Virus record (IMG/VR): IMGVR_UViG_3300029893_000002
Strand: one strand, 5' to 3'
From: a virus
DNA: 47,377 nucleotides
A model generated the notes under the pieces. It was not told the origin of the DNA and did no database searches. It saw nothing but the letters and a program-made list of their open reading frames with translations. Of the stretch, positions 9,526-18,770 are shown in pieces (within the stretch, counting starts at the first letter, position 1; the number at the start of each line of letters is the position of its first letter). Both the position numbers and the translations under genes were made by a program.

Positions 9526-10377
9526 TCAGTGCTCGAGGCGGTAGGTGGTCCCGGCGATCACGGCGTCCCAGTACGCCGTCGGGTCCTGGTGATCGGGGTA
9601 GTGCTCGTCGAGCCACCGCGTGGCCTCGGCGATGGCCCTCATCCGGAATGGATCGGCGGGGTCGCCCTTGAAGTGGGCGACCACCTTCGACAGCGGAAAG
9701 GCGACCGCGTGGTCGATGATGGCGACGTCGACGGGCCCGAGGTCCTTGGGTGGCATCCCGAGTTCGGCGTTGCGGACCGAGAGCCGCCGGATCAGGTGGA
9801 TCATCGCGCAGCGGTCGTAGGCCGCCCTCTTGTAGAACATCTTGGCGCGGTGGCGCCCCTCGGCGTCGAGGAGGACCATGTGCCGAGGGTCGTCCTCCGG
9901 CGAGACGATCCGCCACCCCTCGGGTGCGCTCCGGACGGGACGGAGGAGATCGTCGCCGTCCTCGCCGGGCTCGCCGAGATCGAACCCGAGCTTCGCCCAC
10001 ACCTCCTCGAGCCCGCGGGTCCCATCGACCGGGAGGTGCCGGAGCAGCCGCGCCTCGGCGGCGCCCCGGATCTCGCCGACCGTGTTGCGGCCGTCGTCGG
10101 TCGGCAGTGACTCGGCCAGCTGCATCAACGGATCGTTCGTTCTGTCCTTCATGTCCTTACCCCTTTCGTCAGCGCCGACGAGCGACTCCGAGACGTAGTC
10201 GCACCAGCGGCACCGGACCACCTTGATCAGCTCGGGGCCCCCGGTCTCGAGGTAGCGGCGGCTGATCGCGTTCTTGCGCTGGCACGCAGGGCACCGGCGC
10301 GCCTCGGCCACGCGCTTCATGGCCTTGCTGGTCGCCTCCCGGTGCCGCCGGTGCCGATCGTCGTTCGAGGGCCTCAT
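9526..10377 (-). CDS. Hypothetical phage protein (N-terminal Zn ribbon; possible second start at 10152)
   Basis: CPAC...CRWC, then VLLDAEGRHRAKMFYKRAAYDR. Confidence 0.65.
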   Translation of the reverse strand: MRPSNDDRHRRHREATSKAMKRVAEARRCPACQRKNAISRRYLETGGPELIKVVRCRWCDYVSESLVGADERGKDMKDRTNDPLMQLAESLPTDDGRNTVGEIRGAAEARLLRHLPVDGTRGLEEVWAKLGFDLGEPGEDGDDLLRPVRSAPEGWRIVSPEDDPRHMVLLDAEGRHRAKMFYKRAAYDRCAMIHLIRRLSVRNAELGMPPKDLGPVDVAIIDHAVAFPLSKVVAHFKGDPADPFRMRAIAEATRWLDEHYPDHQDPTAYWDAVIAGTTYRLEH

Positions 10378-10640
10378 CGGCGTTTCGCCCCCTCGCCCGG
10401 CGCGCTATCGAAGGCGTGGCGGCGTATCTCCGGGAGCTCCGCGTCCTCGGCGAGGATGGCGGCGCGCGCCTTGGCGGTCGCGACCGGGTGGATCATGCAC
10501 TCACCGTGGGCGATCTCCACGACGTTGATCGCGTCCATCTTGTCCACCGCCTCGACCGTGTATACGGTGCGGTAGCGGACCTCCTGCACCACGACGTACC
10601 GCTTCAACCGGCCACCCTCCGGGTTTGCTGCGCCGCTCAC
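10374..10640 (-). CDS. Hypothetical protein
   Basis: GTGA coupling to the MTase stop; KRYVVVQEVRYRTVYTVEA. Confidence 0.55.
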   Translation of the reverse strand: MSGAANPEGGRLKRYVVVQEVRYRTVYTVEAVDKMDAINVVEIAHGECMIHPVATAKARAAILAEDAELPEIRRHAFDSAPGEGAKRR

Positions 10641-12712
10641 AGCGCGTACCGCTGCTCGGGTTCGACCCACACCGACCCCGAGTGAAGCTGGAAGGCGCCC
10701 GCGGCCGCCTCGGTGAGCGCGACGAGCATCTGTTCGGCGATCGCGCGCGCGGCGCCGACCGGGACGGCGTTGCCGATCCGCTCGCGCCAGCCGTCCACGC
10801 GGTTTCCGGCGAGGCAGAGGGGCTTGCCGTTCACGACGGTCGGGAGGCCCTGGAGCACGGCGAGCTCGAGCGTGGTCATCGGCCGGTGCCACGTGCCGTC
10901 CTCGGCGATGATCACCGGGATCGACGGGGGCGCGCGGCGGATGTTCTTGATCACCATGATGGGCTCGGCCTCGGGGAAGCGCGGGTCGGCGACGGCCCAG
11001 GCGCCGTTGTCGATGTTCGCGTGGCCCGTCACGGTCTTGGCCGCCTCGTACCAGGGGATGACGCCGTAGCTGCCGGCGCGGGGCGTGCCCTTGACGCGCG
11101 GGTCGGCGACCGAGTAGGCGCCCGTGCCGGGGAGCGCCTGGCCGTGGATCGTGAACGACGGATCGGCCCACGGCAGAACCCGGTAGCCGTGGTCGTAGGC
11201 GCGCTTGATGCGCGCGTCGGCGACCGCGCCGCCGCCGTTCGAGGGGTGGCCACCGCCGGTCACGGTGCCCGCCGGGTCGATCCACGGGACCACGCGGTAG
11301 ACGTTGCCGAACCACTTTGCGGCGCGCGGATCGGCGACCGAGAAGCGGCCGCTCGTCGTCTTCGCGCCGCCGGTCACCGTCGCCGCCGGCTCGTCCATCG
11401 ACTGGACGCCCATGGCGCCGTGGTGCCAGGCCGTGCCGTCGCGGAGGAGCTCACCGATGCGCGGGTCGGCGACCGACGGGGCGCCCGAGCCCGGCCGCGT
11501 CGCGCCGATGACGGCGTTCGAGGCCTCGTCCCAGCCCTTGACGCTGTACTTGTTGCGGTGCCGGGTCGGGTTGTCGCTGAGGCCGAGAATCCGCGGGTCG
11601 GCGACGGCGAAGGGGCCGTTGCTCGGGCGGCTCTCGCCGGTGACGGCGCCGGCGGCCTCGTCCCAGCCCTTGACCCCGTGCGGGCCGCCGCCCCAGCCCT
11701 TGACGCGCGGGTCGGCGACCGAGAAGCGGCCGTTGCTCGGCGTCGTGCGGCCGGTGACGGTGTCGGACGGCTCGTCCCAGCCCTTGACCCCGTAGGGGCT
11801 GAACCCGAGTTGCTCGAGGGCGCGCGGGTCGGCGACGTTGGCGACGCCGGAGGAGCCGGGCCCGGTGACGGCGCCGGTCGGATCCTCCCAGCCCTCGACG
11901 GCGTGCCGCTTGTGGACCTCGCGCCGCTTCTGGCCCTCGGCGAGGACGCCGTTCAGGTCGCGCCAGTCGCCGCCGGCCGGGATGAGCGCGAGCCGGACCC
12001 AGTTGAGCCAACTGATGCGCGGCATCTTGTGGAGCGGGCCCGCGATCGGATCCTCGGGCATCGGCAGCTCGCCGAGGACCTCGCCGCACGCGCGGACGCG
12101 CTTCTTCGGCGGCTGGTAGAGGGGCGGCGGGCACTTCTTCGGGTGGCGCGCGACGAGCAAAAAGCGACGCCGGTGCTGAGCGAGGCCGCCGAGCTCGCCG
12201 CAGTCGTGGCTTTGCTCGTGAAAGACGTAGCCCGCCTGGGCGAGGAGCGTCTTCACGCGCGCGAGCAGCTCCTTGCCGCGGCTCGCGATGCGCGGAACGT
12301 TCTCGAGGAGAAAGAGCGAGGGCGGATCGTCGCCCCAGGTGCGCAGCATGAGCTCGACCCACTGGATGACGAGCCGGTTGAGCTTCTCGTACTTCTCGGC
12401 CTTGGACGCCTTCTTCCCGAGCAATCCGCTGAATCCCTTACACGGAGGAGAAGAAAATACGACGTCGGGCGCCGTCGGGCCGGCGAACTCAATGAGCTCG
12501 GCCGGCGTCAGCGTCGCGATGTCGGCGCAGAGTGCCGGTGCGCCGACGAGGTACTCGAAGTCCTCGCAGGCGAGCGGGTCGTTGTCGATGCCGCCGAGGG
12601 CCTCGAACCGGGCCTCGCGTCCGAGCAACTGGACCTGCGCGTCGAGAAACCCCCGCGCCCCGGCCCCGAGGCCGCAGAACGGAAAAAACGCGGTGAAAGT
12701 GGTAGTCGTCAT
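10637..12712 (-). CDS. DNA (cytosine-5) methyltransferase with a repeat-expanded variable region
   Basis: Motif I FCGLGAG, IV SPPCKGFS, VI LLENV, VIII QHRRRF, X RIGNAVP. ATG 12712 with a GGAGG RBS. Confidence 0.92.
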   Translation of the reverse strand: MTTTTFTAFFPFCGLGAGARGFLDAQVQLLGREARFEALGGIDNDPLACEDFEYLVGAPALCADIATLTPAELIEFAGPTAPDVVFSSPPCKGFSGLLGKKASKAEKYEKLNRLVIQWVELMLRTWGDDPPSLFLLENVPRIASRGKELLARVKTLLAQAGYVFHEQSHDCGELGGLAQHRRRFLLVARHPKKCPPPLYQPPKKRVRACGEVLGELPMPEDPIAGPLHKMPRISWLNWVRLALIPAGGDWRDLNGVLAEGQKRREVHKRHAVEGWEDPTGAVTGPGSSGVANVADPRALEQLGFSPYGVKGWDEPSDTVTGRTTPSNGRFSVADPRVKGWGGGPHGVKGWDEAAGAVTGESRPSNGPFAVADPRILGLSDNPTRHRNKYSVKGWDEASNAVIGATRPGSGAPSVADPRIGELLRDGTAWHHGAMGVQSMDEPAATVTGGAKTTSGRFSVADPRAAKWFGNVYRVVPWIDPAGTVTGGGHPSNGGGAVADARIKRAYDHGYRVLPWADPSFTIHGQALPGTGAYSVADPRVKGTPRAGSYGVIPWYEAAKTVTGHANIDNGAWAVADPRFPEAEPIMVIKNIRRAPPSIPVIIAEDGTWHRPMTTLELAVLQGLPTVVNGKPLCLAGNRVDGWRERIGNAVPVGAARAIAEQMLVALTEAAAGAFQLHSGSVWVEPEQRYAL
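10979..11905 (-). repeat. Eight intragenic ~30-40 aa repeats (V..W.[ED]....VTG......G...VADPR)
   Basis: Read directly from the translation: seven ADPR and one ADAR endings. Confidence 0.9.
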
Positions 12713-12738
12713 GCCTTCCTCCCCATGTGGGCTCCCAC

Positions 12739-12767
12739 AATCTAGCACCGGGCTACCCGGGGTTCAA
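12739..12767 (-). promoter_or_regulatory. Putative sigma70-type promoter for the MTase operon
   Basis: TTGAAC-17 nt-TAGATT with extended TG, followed by GTGGGAG. Confidence 0.55.
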
Positions 12768-12795
12768 GGGTTTCGGTTACGCTAGCCCCGAGGCC

Positions 12796-13143
12796 ATGGC
12801 AACCGACTTCGACCGATGGGTCTCGTCCCACCGCGATCTGCCGATGGCGAAGCTCCTCGAGCCGTTCGGCTTCCGGGTGCATCACGCGGGAGGCGGCGGG
12901 ATCGTGCTTCTCCGGGACGAGCCGCACGAGGCCTTCGGGACGCTGATCACGGTCGTCACGACGGCCGAGGGGCCGTACATCGATCCGGACGACGACGACG
13001 AGGAGCTGCTCGTCGGCTTCTACACCGAGGACGGCTGGAACGACGGCAACGAGATCGCCATGGCGACGACGAGCTGGGGCGAGCTCCAGGACGATCCGGA
13101 GGGCACGCTCGAGCAGGCCTACGAAGAGGCGGAGGTCGAGTAG
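12796..13143 (+). CDS. Hypothetical acidic protein
   Basis: ATG 12796 in the 12727-13143 frame. Confidence 0.6.
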   Translation: MATDFDRWVSSHRDLPMAKLLEPFGFRVHHAGGGGIVLLRDEPHEAFGTLITVVTTAEGPYIDPDDDDEELLVGFYTEDGWNDGNEIAMATTSWGELQDDPEGTLEQAYEEAEVE

Positions 13144-13488
13144 GTGGACAAGATCAAGAAGGCCTGGGCCTGGGTGCGCGATCGCGCGGTGGTCATCCTC
13201 ACGCTGATCGTCTCGGTCCTGGTCGCGATCCTCGCCTACAAGCACTACCGAAAGAAGGTCGGATCGCTCAAGGATGCGGTCACGGTCGAGCGGGCCAAGC
13301 GCGAGGTGGCGGCGCTCGAGAGCCGGCGCGATGCCCTGAGCGAGCAGGCGGGCGCGGCCGATGCGCGCGTCGGGGAGATCGACGACAAGATTCGCGCGAC
13401 GCGTCGCCGGGCCGTCGCGGTCCGCGAGGAGGTCGCCGCGCTGAGCGACGACGAGGTCCTCGAGCGGTTCGAGGAACTGGGGTACTGA
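13144..13488 (+). CDS. N-terminal TM + coiled-coil protein (i-spanin-like)
   Basis: AVVILTLIVSVLVAILAY followed by a heptad coiled coil. Confidence 0.55.
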   Translation: MDKIKKAWAWVRDRAVVILTLIVSVLVAILAYKHYRKKVGSLKDAVTVERAKREVAALESRRDALSEQAGAADARVGEIDDKIRATRRRAVAVREEVAALSDDEVLERFEELGY

Positions 13489-13489
13489 G

Positions 13490-14005
13490 ATGGACGAGGT
13501 CGAGCGGTTCGCGCGCCGTCGAGCGCGCCTTCGGCGCCAGGCGGCGCGGGATAAGGCGGTCGTGGCCCTGTGCGCGGTGGCGCTCGGGCTCATCTATCTT
13601 CTCGCGGGCGCCGGTCGCGCCTGCGCGCAGCCCGAGGTGCCCGATCGGGCGCGGGTGAGCTACGAGGGGGCGCCCGGCTACTGGTTCCGGGACGAGATCG
13701 CCAGGGCGATGCTCGCCGACCTCTCGGAGCTGCCCGAGCTTCGCGCCGAGCTCCAGCTGTGGGAGACGCGCGCGACCGAGCGCGACGGCCAGGTGCGGCT
13801 CCTCCGCGAAGCCCTCGACCTCTCGATCGAAGCGAACGGCCATCTGCACGGGGTCATCGACACCGCCGTCCGGATGGGGCGCGAGGCGACCGAGCGGGCC
13901 GAAGCGTGGTACCGAAGTCCGGTCCTCTGGGCCGGGGTCGGGATCGTCCTCGGCGTGGGGCTCGCCTTCGGGGCGGCGAAGCTGCTACAGCTCGCGGTCG
14001 AGTGA
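13490..14005 (+). CDS. Signal/TM + coiled coil + C-terminal TM protein (spanin-like partner)
   Basis: N-terminal hydrophobic segment ending AGRACA; C-terminal WYRSPVLWAGVGIVLGVGLAFG. Confidence 0.5.
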   Translation: MDEVERFARRRARLRRQAARDKAVVALCAVALGLIYLLAGAGRACAQPEVPDRARVSYEGAPGYWFRDEIARAMLADLSELPELRAELQLWETRATERDGQVRLLREALDLSIEANGHLHGVIDTAVRMGREATERAEAWYRSPVLWAGVGIVLGVGLAFGAAKLLQLAVE

Positions 14006-14979
14006 AGCCCATCGACGCCTATGCGCTCTTCGTCGGGGGTGGCGACGCGGGCCACTTCACCCATCGGATCTCGAGGGCCATGAACGCCTATCTCCTGTTC
14101 GCGGGGCTCACCGACTTCGCCGCGACACGCCATCGGATCGCCCGGGCCATCCGCGAGGGACGCAAGCTCGAGGCCCACGCCCTCACGATCAAGCCCCACC
14201 CCTTCGGCTACGAGCAGGATCTGACGACCAGCGACGTGCGCCGGATCCAGTCCATCGAATGGCTCTCGACGACCGGCGACGAGGGACGCGTGTTCGACCG
14301 GCTGCGAAAGCAGTTGCCGGCGCCCGGACGCGGCGTCCTCGCCGTCCACTCCGGCACGAACTTCCGCGACAACCACGCGCTCTTCTTGAAACGCGATCTC
14401 GAGCGAGGCGCGGTCGCGCGCTTCTACGGATGCGATCTCATCCGGCTCGACGACGGGCGGCTCCCGGCCTACCCGGCCATCGTGCCCGGCGTGAGGCGCT
14501 TCACGGCGCCGGTCTATGCCGAGCCCCCGCTCCGGGTCGCCCACGCGCCGAGCTCGAGGGCGAAGAAAGGCACCGACACGATCGTCGAGGCCTTTCGGGG
14601 TCTCGAGGGGGTCGAGCTCGACCTGATCGAAGGGGTTGGCTTTTCCGAGTGCCTCGAGCGGCGCTCGCGCGCCCACGTGGTCATCGACCAGCTGGCGCCG
14701 CACGTCGGCGGGTTCGGGACGACGTCGGTCGAGGCGATGGCCCAGGGCCAGGTGGTGATCGCCGACATCCGGCACTGCATCCCGACGCCGCACCTCGAGC
14801 TACCGCCGATCGTGGACGTGCGGTGCGCCGACGCGCTTCGGGCGGCGCTCGAGGTCCTGCGCGACGAACCCGACCACGTGAGGGAGCTTCGGGAGCGGGC
14901 CGAGGACTGGGTGCGCCGGGTCGCCGCGCCCGATCGGGTGGCGGCCTACTGGATCGACAAACTGGAGGGGCTCGGATGA
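14002..14979 (+). CDS. Glycosyltransferase (GT-B, GT4-like)
   Basis: RVAHAPSSRAKKGT, VVIDQL, GFGTTSVEAMAQG; GTGA coupling. Confidence 0.8.
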   Translation: MKPIDAYALFVGGGDAGHFTHRISRAMNAYLLFAGLTDFAATRHRIARAIREGRKLEAHALTIKPHPFGYEQDLTTSDVRRIQSIEWLSTTGDEGRVFDRLRKQLPAPGRGVLAVHSGTNFRDNHALFLKRDLERGAVARFYGCDLIRLDDGRLPAYPAIVPGVRRFTAPVYAEPPLRVAHAPSSRAKKGTDTIVEAFRGLEGVELDLIEGVGFSECLERRSRAHVVIDQLAPHVGGFGTTSVEAMAQGQVVIADIRHCIPTPHLELPPIVDVRCADALRAALEVLRDEPDHVRELRERAEDWVRRVAAPDRVAAYWIDKLEGLG

Positions 14980-15695
14980 AGCTCGGGGTGATCATGGCGC
15001 TCTGGCGCCGGCAGGAGCTCACGCGGCTGTGCCTTCGCCGCATCGCGCGCGCGGCGCGCGGGGTGGACGCCGTTCTCGTGGCCGTCACCGACGAGGAGGA
15101 CAACGGCCGGGCGGCGAGGGAGCACGGTTTCGAGGTGGTCGAGCGACCGAACCGCCCCCTTGGCGCCAAGCACAACGCGGCCGTGTGGCACTTGCGCGGC
15201 CGCGTCGATGCGGTGGTGGTGCTCGGGTCCGACGACTGGGTGTGCGACCAATTCTTTCCGCAGTGGGCGACCGCGTGTCCGGAGGCGCCGCTCTTCGGGC
15301 TCTACGACACCTACCAGGTGTGCCTGAGGACTCGGCGCGCGCTCTACTTCGAGGGCTACCGCCAGCCGCACCGGCGCGGGGACACGATCGGCGCCGGCCG
15401 CCGGGTCGGCGCCGAGGTGCTCGAGGCCCTCGACTGGCAGCCGTGGGAGCCCGACGTCGAAAAGAGCCTCGACTGGTCGATGCGCCAGCGGATGGAGCAG
15501 CGCGGCTTCCGCGTGTCCGGGAGCGGGGTCCACCAGGCGCAGCTCGGCGTCCGCATGATCGGGAGCATCAAGGGGCGGCGCAGCCTGACGAGCTTCGACG
15601 AGATGCTGCGCCAGAGCAGCATGCGCGCCTGGGGCGACGTTCTAGCGCCCTTTCCGCCCGACGAGGTGCGCGAGCTCGAGGCGCTGACCGGCTAG
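14976..15695 (+). CDS. Glycosyltransferase (GT-A, GT2-like)
   Basis: MKLGVIMALWRR, NRPLGAKHN, VVLGSDD, IGAGR. Confidence 0.78.
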   Translation: MKLGVIMALWRRQELTRLCLRRIARAARGVDAVLVAVTDEEDNGRAAREHGFEVVERPNRPLGAKHNAAVWHLRGRVDAVVVLGSDDWVCDQFFPQWATACPEAPLFGLYDTYQVCLRTRRALYFEGYRQPHRRGDTIGAGRRVGAEVLEALDWQPWEPDVEKSLDWSMRQRMEQRGFRVSGSGVHQAQLGVRMIGSIKGRRSLTSFDEMLRQSSMRAWGDVLAPFPPDEVRELEALTG

Positions 15696-16330
15696 CAGCC
15701 GGGGTGGCCGATCCAGTCGATCTCGAGGTCGCCCCGGTCGGCGCCCGCGCCCCCGCGGCAGACGAGGAACGTGCTCGCGGCGGCCTCGACGTAGTGGCTC
15801 ACGAACGCGTCGGTCGCCGTGAGATCGGCGATGTGGCGCCCGTCGGCGAACACGACCGCGTCGCGCGGCTCGCACCCGGCGCAGCTCGCGCCGCAGGCCG
15901 CCGGAACGGCCCGGAGCCGGACGATCACCATGGAGACCGGCGCCGCGAACCGCGCCTCGACGCAGGCCGTGTAGGCGATCCCGTCGAGCATCGGGACATC
16001 GCTCGTCCCGGTGCGAGCGAGACCGACGCCGTCGTCGTCGACCGTCGCGACGGCCGCGAGGTTGCAGGCGGTGCCGCTCTCGGCCGCGGGGCCCTCGGCG
16101 TAGTCGGGCCGCGGGCAGCCGCCGTCGAAGGAGCCATCGGGGCCCCCATCGGGTCGCGCCGCATCGGCGAGCGGCTCGGCCGCATCCGGACCGGCGTCGA
16201 TCGGCGCGTCGGGCGCCGCGGCATCGGCGTCGGCGACGCCGCCCTCGGCCTCGGCGACGGTGAACTTGTCGAAGTCGAGCGCCCAGGCGCAACCCGAGAG
16301 CAACGGCACCAGGATGAGCGCGCGCCTCAC
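15692..16330 (-). CDS. Lipoprotein with Asp/Ala/Gly/Pro linker and Cys-rich domain
   Basis: Lipobox LSGC after RRALILVPLL; DAG/PDA linker. Confidence 0.7.
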   Translation of the reverse strand: MRRALILVPLLSGCAWALDFDKFTVAEAEGGVADADAAAPDAPIDAGPDAAEPLADAARPDGGPDGSFDGGCPRPDYAEGPAAESGTACNLAAVATVDDDGVGLARTGTSDVPMLDGIAYTACVEARFAAPVSMVIVRLRAVPAACGASCAGCEPRDAVVFADGRHIADLTATDAFVSHYVEAAASTFLVCRGGAGADRGDLEIDWIGHPGC

Positions 16331-16668
16331 GACGGGTCTCCCTGGCACGCACTGCCGCCGACCGCGTGGAGGTAGGCCTCCGAGGCGAGCCAGTCGGAGA
16401 CCCGACGCCGGAGCATGTCGTAGAAGCAATCGAAGAGCAGCATGTCGGCCCGGACGCCGCGGGTCACGTCTCGGATCGGCCGGGTCGTCTGGACGAGGAT
16501 CGCGGCGACGGCCGGGTCGTCGATCGCGGGCCGCGCGGGAGGGGGAGGAAGGCCCCCCTCGGCGACCGTGCGGGCGATCCGCTCGCGCACCTTGTCCTCG
16601 AGCGCGCGGAGCTCGGCGTCGACCGTGCCGGTCATCCGGAGCACGGTCCTCACGTAGTCGCCGTTCAC
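16327..16668 (-). CDS. Hypothetical protein
   Basis: GTGA coupling at both ends. Confidence 0.55.
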   Translation of the reverse strand: MNGDYVRTVLRMTGTVDAELRALEDKVRERIARTVAEGGLPPPPARPAIDDPAVAAILVQTTRPIRDVTRGVRADMLLFDCFYDMLRRRVSDWLASEAYLHAVGGSACQGDPS

Positions 16669-17195
16669 TGCTCGCCTCGCTCGGGGTAGGTCTTGGGCGG
16701 CCGCTCGACGGGCAGCGCCGTCGGGCAGCCCTTCGACTCGATGGGGCGGCGCTTCCAGCTGGGGGCGTCGCGCCACTCGATGGGCGCCGCCTGGTGCTGC
16801 GCCTCGCCGAGGGCCGCGCCGCGCAGGAGCCGGGCGCGGACCTCCGGATCCTTGCCCCCTTCGCACCACGCCCGCCGGAACCAGGCCATCGCGTCGGCGG
16901 GGCTCTCGCCCCAGGCGGCGAGATCGCCGAAGAGCGCGACCCAGACCTCGTCGGAGTCTTCGTCGGCGAGGGGCGAGCCCCCCTCGACCATGTTGCGCGG
17001 GACCGCGAGGAGCGTCGCGCGGCCGGCGCCCTCCCATTCGAGCTGGATGCGGGCCGCCTCGAGATGGATGCGCCTGACGACTTCTGGTGCGACCTGCTGC
17101 TCGTAGGAATTGAGGCTCCCGAGCAAGAGCCGACGAGCGACCCCGAGCGCGCCACCGAAGTCTTCGAGAAGTCTGTTTCCACCGATTGTTGCCAT
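16665..17195 (-). CDS. Hypothetical protein
   Basis: GGAGG RBS before ATG 17195/17201; WGESPADAMAWF segment. Confidence 0.6.
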   Translation of the reverse strand: MATIGGNRLLEDFGGALGVARRLLLGSLNSYEQQVAPEVVRRIHLEAARIQLEWEGAGRATLLAVPRNMVEGGSPLADEDSDEVWVALFGDLAAWGESPADAMAWFRRAWCEGGKDPEVRARLLRGAALGEAQHQAAPIEWRDAPSWKRRPIESKGCPTALPVERPPKTYPERGEQ

Positions 17196-17303
17196 GGTCA
17201 TCACCTCCAGCGGACCCCCCGGGCGCTCGAGGCCGGGCGGCATGACATGGGGGGGAAGGAACCCGCACCCCGCGGCCCAGGGGGCCCGCTGCAGGCGACG
17301 ACC

Positions 17304-18038
17304 TTACGGCTCGCCGTCGCCCTCGTCGTCCCTCTCCCTGGGGTGCGCCTGGCGCCCCTCGCGGAGCTGACGCGCCTCCGCCTCGGCGGCGGCAACCGCC
17401 CCCTCGTCGGCATAGCTGAGCTCGGCGAAGCCCCCGACCGAGTAGCCGATGAGCTGCGCGAACTGTGAGAAGTCGGCCGCGGGGATGTTCGGTAGGCACA
17501 CGAGGTGGTTCATGTCGAAGGGCCCTGCGTCGAGCAGGTAGCGGACGACACTGTTGGCGCGAAAGCGGATGACGCCGTCCGGATCGAAATGGATCGGCTG
17601 CATCGGGTGCGTCGGCGCAGAGGCGACACACGGAACGAGCTTGCCGTCCTCGTCGACCATCACCTCGAGCGGCCCTCCCGGATCCTCCGGGAAGGTGAGC
17701 AGGACGTACCCACGGCACGTCGCGCACGGGTCGTAGCCCTCGTTGATGTGGCCGGCGATGCACCGGGTGCGGTTGGCCTGCACCCAGCGGGCCGGCATCG
17801 CGCCATCGACGTCGCCGCCGCTCTCCATCTCGAAGAGAGCCAGCTGGCGGAGCTTGATCATGGTGGCCGTTTCGTCCGGATCAGCGACACGAGCCCGATG
17901 GAAGGTACGGCCGATCGCGCGCTCGCTGACGGACGTCAAGCGTGGGACGGAGGCCATCCAATACCCCGTGTGGTCGTGCTGCACGCAGAGGTAGACGCTG
18001 CCGTCATAGCCACGGAAGAACTTGCCGACAAAGCTCAC
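17304..18038 (-). CDS. Hypothetical phage protein (multi-domain)
   Basis: GTGA coupling; HPMQP...GVIRFRANSVVRYLLD...FAQLIGYS. Confidence 0.65.
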   Translation of the reverse strand: MSFVGKFFRGYDGSVYLCVQHDHTGYWMASVPRLTSVSERAIGRTFHRARVADPDETATMIKLRQLALFEMESGGDVDGAMPARWVQANRTRCIAGHINEGYDPCATCRGYVLLTFPEDPGGPLEVMVDEDGKLVPCVASAPTHPMQPIHFDPDGVIRFRANSVVRYLLDAGPFDMNHLVCLPNIPAADFSQFAQLIGYSVGGFAELSYADEGAVAAAEAEARQLREGRQAHPRERDDEGDGEP

Positions 18039-18412
18039 AGCACGTTCTCCGCGGAGGGAGGGGCGTAGTGCCGGTACCAGCGGAGGAGCCACTCGTCGAC
18101 CGCCGACTGGGCGAGGCCGTGCGAGGACTTGGACATCGCGCAGAGGAGCTCTCCCACCATGCGGAGCTTCTCGTTGTCGAGGCCGGACACCCACCGGCCG
18201 AAATTGCTCTTGCCGCGCCCGTTGTAGATGTCGAGCGCCAGTCGCACCATCTCGATCTCGTAGGTGCTCATCGGCGCCCGACCCCGGGCGACCTTGCGGG
18301 CCGCCGGCGTCGGGCCCACCTCGGGTCCTTTCGTGAGGAAGTAGGGGCCGCCAGGGACCCACATGGTCAGGACGGCGCACGCCTGCGCCCGCTGCGCTTC
18401 GGATCGGAACAT
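18035..18412 (-). CDS. Hypothetical protein
   Basis: AAGGGG RBS, 125 aa. Confidence 0.65.
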   Translation of the reverse strand: MFRSEAQRAQACAVLTMWVPGGPYFLTKGPEVGPTPAARKVARGRAPMSTYEIEMVRLALDIYNGRGKSNFGRWVSGLDNEKLRMVGELLCAMSKSSHGLAQSAVDEWLLRWYRHYAPPSAENVL

Positions 18413-18439
18413 CGCTTACCCCTTTCGGTCGTCGTCGCG

Positions 18440-18544
18440 GCGATGCGCCGCGAGCCGGAGGCGCCGAGGTGCGGCACCTGAAAGCGTCCTGGGAAGGAAG
18501 GGTTCCAATGCGCCTTCCCCGGCGCCCCCGGCTCGTGTCATCGC
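18440..18544 (-). ncRNA. Candidate structured intergenic RNA
   Basis: A 16-bp stem (18451-18466 with 18520-18535; one G-U on the minus strand) plus an outer 6-bp stem encloses two hairpins. Confidence 0.3.
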
Positions 18545-18557
18545 CCGCCGAAGCCAA

Positions 18558-18770
18558 TCACACCCACTCGGAGTCGGCCACCTCCTTCCCGCATTGCTTG
18601 CACCGCTCGGGCACGGGCTCGCCGACGCCGATCGGGTTGAACCCGCGGCAGTGCGGACACACGGGCGCCCGCAGACCAAACGTGTTCTCGAGCGTGGCCT
18701 TCTGGAACCGGGCGCCCGCGTCGCGGCGCCGGAGGCGCTTCTCGCCACGGTTGCGCGTGAACCTAGCCAC
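18558..18770 (-). CDS. Zn-ribbon protein
   Basis: CPHC...CKQC. Confidence 0.6.
   Translation of the reverse strand: MARFTRNRGEKRLRRRDAGARFQKATLENTFGLRAPVCPHCRGFNPIGVGEPVPERCKQCGKEVADSEWV

Noticed and set aside
10625-12745. 706-aa plus-strand ORF
   Set aside because: Antisense shadow of the C5 MTase; long stop-free mirror frames are expected at this GC content.
17199-17682. Similar ~23-nt stretches encoding PGGPLEVM near 17200 and 17660
   Set aside because: Short, GC-rich and mismatched; one copy is probably just an RBS region, so chance is plausible.
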